Shown: piece after piece, positions 8,224-11,639 of the stretch
Position numbering within the stretch: position 1 is the first letter of the stretch
Layout: each line of letters starts with the position of its first letter
DNA from: Candidatus Rokuibacteriota bacterium
GTDB lineage: Bacteria > Methylomirabilota > Methylomirabilia > Rokubacteriales > CSP1-6
Length of the DNA stretch: 11,639 nucleotides
Assembly (NCBI GenBank): GCA_016184305.1
Contig: JACPCX010000001.1
Location: 1 to 11,639 of the forward strand
Direction: 5' to 3'
Program-made: the position numbers and the translations under genes
Notes under the pieces: generated by a model
Databases searched by the model: none
Seen by the model: the letters and a program-made list of their open reading frames with translations, nothing else
What the model was told of the DNA's origin: nothing

Positions 8224-9339
8224 TCAGGAGGCCAGGGGCACGAGCCGGGCGATGGCCCAGGCGAAGGCGGCCATCTCGCGGGCGATGGCCGCCACGACCT
8301 GGTTGACGTGCTTGCCGCGGGCGGTGAGCTGCCGATACCGTTTGCACAGGCGGACCTGCGCCTTCCAGCCGATCGCCTGGACCTCGGCGGGCAGCTTCTC
8401 CAGCCGGAGCTGCAGATGCCGGCTGACCTTGGCCGGATACCGATACGCCCACGCCCCTTCCACCAGTGGCCGCCGGGCGTGGCTGTTCCCCGCCTTTGTA
8501 ATGCCGCCTTGATGGCGCCGCGCTCCCGACGAGTACTCCGAGGGGGTCAGCCCGAGGGAGCTCATGAGCTGACGCGGGCTGTCGAAGCGCGTGAGGTCCC
8601 CGAGCTCGGTCATCACGATGACGGCGCCGATGAGCTCCACGCCCCGGAGGGCTTGGATCGCCTCGACCACCGGGTAGAGCCGCCAGCCCTTGACCGCCTC
8701 GTGCAGCTCGCGCTCCACGCGCTGCACCCGGTCCTGCTGCTCGGTGACGGCGCGCACGTACTCCTGAAAGACGATCTGCTGCGGCGGGGTCGGGCACACC
8801 ACCTGGGCCAGCCAGCGGAGATGGGCGGGGTTCCAGGTCGCCCGACCCTCGTAGCGAATGTCCCGCCGCAGCAGGAACGACTTCAGCCGGCGCTTGCTCC
8901 GCTTGAGGTCCTGCATGGCATCGTCGCGGCCGCGGCCCAGGTCCCGCAGCGCTTCGTCTTCGACCCAGGGCACGTAGATCGCGCTCAGGTCGCCGCTGCG
9001 CATCAAACGGGCCAGGGTGATCGCGTCGCGCCGATCCGTCTTCACGCGGTCCCCCGCCTTCCGCGGGATGAGCGACGGCGCCACGACCTGGCTGGCCAGA
9101 CCTGTCCCGGTGAGGTACCGATACAGCCCGTAGCCGCACGGCCCCGCCTCGTAGCCGAACATCAGCGTCGCACCCTTCGACTCGAGCCTCCGGATCAGCT
9201 TGTCGATGTCGCTCTGCCGGGTCCCGATCGCCCCCAGCGACACCACCTGGGCGCCGCGGTCCTCGGGCGCGTAGGCGACGCTGATCGAGTCCTTGTGCAC
9301 ATCGAGCCCGACATACAGAGTTTTGCTAGACTCGTCCAT
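8224..9339 (-). CDS. IS110-family DEDD transposase/recombinase, 371 aa
   Basis: [23 protein letters not shown] (DEDD), C-terminal [11 protein letters not shown] and [16 protein letters not shown] upstream. Confidence 0.96.
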   Translation of the reverse strand: MDESSKTLYVGLDVHKDSISVAYAPEDRGAQVVSLGAIGTRQSDIDKLIRRLESKGATLMFGYEAGPCGYGLYRYLTGTGLASQVVAPSLIPRKAGDRVKTDRRDAITLARLMRSGDLSAIYVPWVEDEALRDLGRGRDDAMQDLKRSKRRLKSFLLRRDIRYEGRATWNPAHLRWLAQVVCPTPPQQIVFQEYVRAVTEQQDRVQRVERELHEAVKGWRLYPVVEAIQALRGVELIGAVIVMTELGDLTRFDSPRQLMSSLGLTPSEYSSGARRHQGGITKAGNSHARRPLVEGAWAYRYPAKVSRHLQLRLEKLPAEVQAIGWKAQVRLCKRYRQLTARGKHVNQVVAAIAREMAAFAWAIARLVPLAS

Positions 9340-9471
9340 GGCTGACCTCCACGTTCGTTGGGTGCCCTGCGCACCAGGCGGCTCTGGCCCCTCCAGGCTA
9401 ACCCGCGCAGAGCGCTGGGGGTCAGCCTCACCTCGTGGAAGTCATACTCTCTAGGCGTACTGAGCACGCGC

Positions 9472-9500
9472 TTGCGACGCGACGATCGGGAAGGGAGAAT
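9472..9500 (+). promoter_or_regulatory. Putative sigma70-type cassette promoter
   Basis: TTGCGA (9472-9477), 17-bp spacer, GAGAAT (9495-9500), 6 nt before the antitoxin ATG. Confidence 0.45.
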
Positions 9501-9506
9501 ACGCTC

Positions 9507-9725
9507 ATGAAGAACGTGCTTGAGGACATTCTCTCGCTCAGCGTGGCGGAGCGCCTGCAACTCGTAGAGGATATCTGGGACAGCATCGCAGCGCACCCTG
9601 AAGCGGTCCCGGTCACCGAGGCCCAGCGCAAGGAACTGGCCAGGCGCAAGCGGGCGCACACGCGGAACCCTGAGGCCGCGAAGCCCTGGGAGGAAGTGCG
9701 CGCGCGGCTCAAGCGGCGTCGGTGA
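9507..9725 (+). CDS. Addiction module antitoxin (TIGR02574-like), 72 aa
   Basis: ILSLSVAERLQLVEDIWDSI...TEAQRKELARR...PWEEVRARL. Overlaps the downstream toxin (GTGA). Confidence 0.88.
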   Translation: MKNVLEDILSLSVAERLQLVEDIWDSIAAHPEAVPVTEAQRKELARRKRAHTRNPEAAKPWEEVRARLKRRR

Positions 9726-10018
9726 GACTTCGCCTTACGCGGGAAGCTGAGGCGGATCTCGATGCCGCTTACGCGTGGTACAGGGAACAGAGCTACGGCC
9801 TCGGCGACGCGTTCCTACGATCGGTCGACGCATGTCTTGCGTCAATCGACCGGGAGCCCGAGGCGTATCAGCTCATCGACAGAACGATGCAGCGGGCGCT
9901 GCTTCGACGATTTCCCTACGGCGTGTTCTTCGAGGTGGCAGCGACGGAGATCATCGTCTACGGAGCCTTTCATTGCGCCAGGGACCCCGAGGTCTGGAGG
10001 CGACGACGGGACGCATAA
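9722..10018 (+). CDS. RelE/ParE family toxin
   Basis: EAEADLDAAYAWY...GLGDAF...RALLRRFPYGVFF...GAFHCARDP. Stop lies inside the attC R''. Confidence 0.9.
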   Translation: MRLRLTREAEADLDAAYAWYREQSYGLGDAFLRSVDACLASIDREPEAYQLIDRTMQRALLRRFPYGVFFEVAATEIIVYGAFHCARDPEVWRRRRDA

Positions 10019-10070
10019 CTTCAGCGTCCAGCGGACGCCGAGACGGCGCCGCTGACGCTGACCGTTGGGC
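10013..10070 (+). other. attC site 3
   Basis: R'' GCATAAC, R' GTTGGGC. Arms TCAGCGTC[C]AGCGG[A]CGCCG-aga-CGGCGCCGCTGACGCTGA give canonical extrahelical G and T on the bottom strand. Confidence 0.95.
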
Positions 10071-10141
10071 GGACCGAGAACAAGCTCTCCGGCATCCTAT
10101 TCGGCTGCGACCGACAAGCTGGCTCGATGTAGAATGCCCGG

Positions 10142-10465
10142 GTGATGCTCGACAGCGACGTCCTCTTCGAGGTCCGCACCCCACTGGGGTTCTCGGTTCG
10201 CGTGACCCGGGCTCGGTGGCAACTGATTACGAGCATGAAGCATCCAGTAATGGCCGGTCGGGAGTGGAGCGTGAGGCTAGCGTTGGAGAAGCCGGATGAG
10301 GTTCGCCAGAGTCGGACCGACCCAGAGGTGTTGCTCTTCTACAAGGCGGAAGAGGCCCGACGTTGGGTGTGCGCCGTCATCAAGCGGGCCGGCGATCAGG
10401 CTTTCCTGGTAACCGCGTACCCAACGGACGCAATCAAGGAAGGCATACGAGTATGGCCGAACTGA
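10142..10465 (+). CDS. Putative RelE/BrnT-like (DUF4258/PBECR-like) toxin, cassette gene
   Basis: RWQLITSMKHP...LEKPDEVRQSRTDPEVLLFY...AFLVTAY pattern. Overlaps a DUF2283-like gene. Start is GTG 10142 or ATG 10145. Confidence 0.65.
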   Translation: MMLDSDVLFEVRTPLGFSVRVTRARWQLITSMKHPVMAGREWSVRLALEKPDEVRQSRTDPEVLLFYKAEEARRWVCAVIKRAGDQAFLVTAYPTDAIKEGIRVWPN

Positions 10466-10665
10466 ACGTGCTCTACGACCGTGAGGGACGGACCCTCACC
10501 GTGTGGTTCAGCGATCGACACCAGGAACACGTATGCGAGGAGACTGGCGAGGACGTCGTGCTCATGAAGGACGCGGCCGGACATGTCATTGGGTTTGAGA
10601 AGCTCAATTTCTCTATTCCCGAGACTGACCGGCTTCACGTCGCCATTGAAACGGCACCTGGGTGA
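10453..10665 (+). CDS. DUF2283-like putative antitoxin, 70 aa
   Basis: YDREGRTLTVWF...ETGEDVVLMKDAAGHVIGFEKLN resembles the DUF2283 pattern. Acidic and small. Confidence 0.78.
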   Translation: MAELNVLYDREGRTLTVWFSDRHQEHVCEETGEDVVLMKDAAGHVIGFEKLNFSIPETDRLHVAIETAPG

Positions 10666-10671
10666 GTGGCC

Positions 10672-10761
10672 GCCCAACAACCACGTCGCGCGGCCCGCCC
10701 GCAAGCTACGCTTGCGGGTTCCCTCGCTTCGCTCGGCGGCCGCTCACGTGGACCGTTAGAC
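10672..10761 (+). other. attC site 4
   Basis: R'' GCCCAAC (exact complement of this cassette's GTTGGGC at 10064), R' GTTAGAC. Arms CCACGT[C]GCGCGGCC[C]GCC / GGCGGCCGCTCACGTGG with inner hairpin CCCGCAAGC-tac-GCTTGCGGG. Confidence 0.9.
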
Positions 10762-10940
10762 GCACAGGCATTCCGGTGTGGGCCACGAGTTACTGGCGAG
10801 AGGGCCAGGATCAGGCGCGAGGCGGCGGCGATCCTGAAGTCCGTGCGAGGACAGATGAGGGACGACCGTTACGAGGAGAAGCTACGGGCACTTGGGTCAG
10901 GGCGGAAGTGATGAGTCTGCGTTTACCTCTAACGACCGTC

Positions 10941-11069
10941 GACGGCCTCCACACCTACGACGCCTTCTCGCCGCTCGTGCTCTTCACGCTCGAGCGCGTC
11001 GGCTTCTGCGGGCCGGGCGAGGCCGCCGCGTGGGTGCAGGACGGACGGATCGAGCTGGGGGGTGAGCTG
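10941..11069 (+). repeat. Direct-repeat copy of an internal thiolase segment (partner 5651-5779)
   Basis: 129 bp, 4 mismatches by manual alignment. Encodes [43 protein letters not shown]. Confidence 0.95.
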
Positions 11070-11183
11070 GCGAACGTGGTGGACGTCCCGCCCGCGGAGA
11101 TCCGGATCGACATGGCCGTCAGCGTCGTCTTCGACGACGTGACGCCGGAGATCAGCATCCCGCGCTTCCGCCGCGCCCCGTGA
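11070..11183 (+). pseudogene. C-terminal part of DUF35 OB-fold protein
   Basis: ANVVDVPPAEIRIDMAVSVVFDDVTPEISIPRFRRAP* is a typical DUF35 C-terminus and is the part missing at 6209. Confidence 0.82.
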
Positions 11184-11639
11184 GCGGGGGCCTCCCCGTC
11201 GGGGTCACGCTCGCCGCCTACCCCGACGGCGTCCCGCCCGCCGTGTGGTGGTGGCGGTTCGCCGAGCGGGCCGAGGCCCTCGGTTTCGACTCCCTGTGGG
11301 CCGGCGAACATGTCCTCTTCCACACGGAGACGGTCAGCGCCACCGTCCTCTTGGCCGGCCTCGCCGCCCGCACGGGCCGGATCCGCCTCGGCACCGCCAT
11401 CTACCTCCTGCCGCTCCGCCATCCCGTCCTCGCCGCCAAGGACCTGGCCACGCTCGACCACGTCGCGGGCGGCCGGCTCGTCGTCGGCGTCGGGGTCGGC
11501 GGAGAGTACCCCCGGGAGTTCGCCGGTTGCGCCGTGCCGCTCGGCGAGCGCGGCGCGCGGACGGACGAGGCGCTCGCTCTCTTGCGCCGTCTCTGGCGGG
11601 AGGAACGGGTGACGGCGGCCGGGGCCCACTTCCCCCTGG
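11180..11639 (+). CDS. LLM-class flavin-dependent oxidoreductase (luciferase-like), runs off window end
   Basis: GTG overlapping the upstream TGA. AEALGFDSLWAGEH, TGRIRLGTAIYLLPLRHPVLAAKDLATLDHVAGGRLVVGVGVG, ERGARTDEAL. Not in the ORF track because there is no stop in the window. Confidence 0.92.
   Translation, partial: MSGGLPVGVTLAAYPDGVPPAVWWWRFAERAEALGFDSLWAGEHVLFHTETVSATVLLAGLAARTGRIRLGTAIYLLPLRHPVLAAKDLATLDHVAGGRLVVGVGVGGEYPREFAGCAVPLGERGARTDEALALLRRLWREERVTAAGAHFPL

Larger units (their letters stand above)
7906..9452 (-). mobile_element. IS110-family, IS1111-type insertion sequence
   Basis: Perfect 12-bp sub-terminal inverted repeats TATGACTTCCAC (7908-7919) / GTGGAAGTCATA (9435-9446). 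No target duplication. Removal restores GCGTTAGGC. Ends are uncertain by 1 nt (shared T). Confidence 0.92.

Noticed and set aside
7840..9345. 501-aa plus-strand ORF
   Set aside because: Antisense shadow of the IS110 transposase and its non-coding end.
9435..9506. Extended N-terminus of the antitoxin in the ORF track
   Set aside because: The GTG lies inside the IS inverted repeat. ATG 9507 gives the typical family length.
7051..10761. Hairpins as terminators or CRISPR repeats
   Set aside because: No poly-T tails, no identical repeats or regular spacers, and no cas genes. The R''/R' boxes and extrahelical bases identify them as attC.
10662..11183. 173-aa ORF as a real gene
   Set aside because: Reads through attC4 and joins cassette remnant, thiolase and DUF35 fragments. 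No credible start.
10955..11629. 224-aa minus-strand ORF
   Set aside because: Antisense to the clearly recognisable LLM oxidoreductase on the plus strand.

Overview
GC-rich bacterial window with two layers. (1) A catabolic operon on the + strand: branched-chain-type ABC transporter (LivH-like, fused LivM-LivG-like, LivF-like), acyl-CoA synthetase, Cys-less thiolase-like protein, DUF35 (Zn-ribbon/OB-fold) protein and an LLM flavin-dependent oxidoreductase. (2) A ~4.6 kb integron-derived island (about 6312-10940) interrupting that operon. The island holds an internal fragment of an integron integrase, four attC hairpins and three complete two-gene cassettes that all look like toxin-antitoxin pairs: a minimal nucleotidyltransferase plus a 68-aa partner, an addiction antitoxin plus RelE/ParE, and a RelE/BrnT-like protein plus DUF2283. 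An apparently intact IS110-family (IS1111-type) element sits in the GTTAGGC core of the second attC. Its ~300-nt 3' non-coding region folds into a large stem and carries short matches to the target and element end, as expected of a bridge/seek RNA. The island is bracketed by a degenerate direct duplication of operon DNA with complementary deletions, which splits the DUF35 gene in two and creates in-frame chimeric ORFs. Family names are from motif recognition, not database searches.
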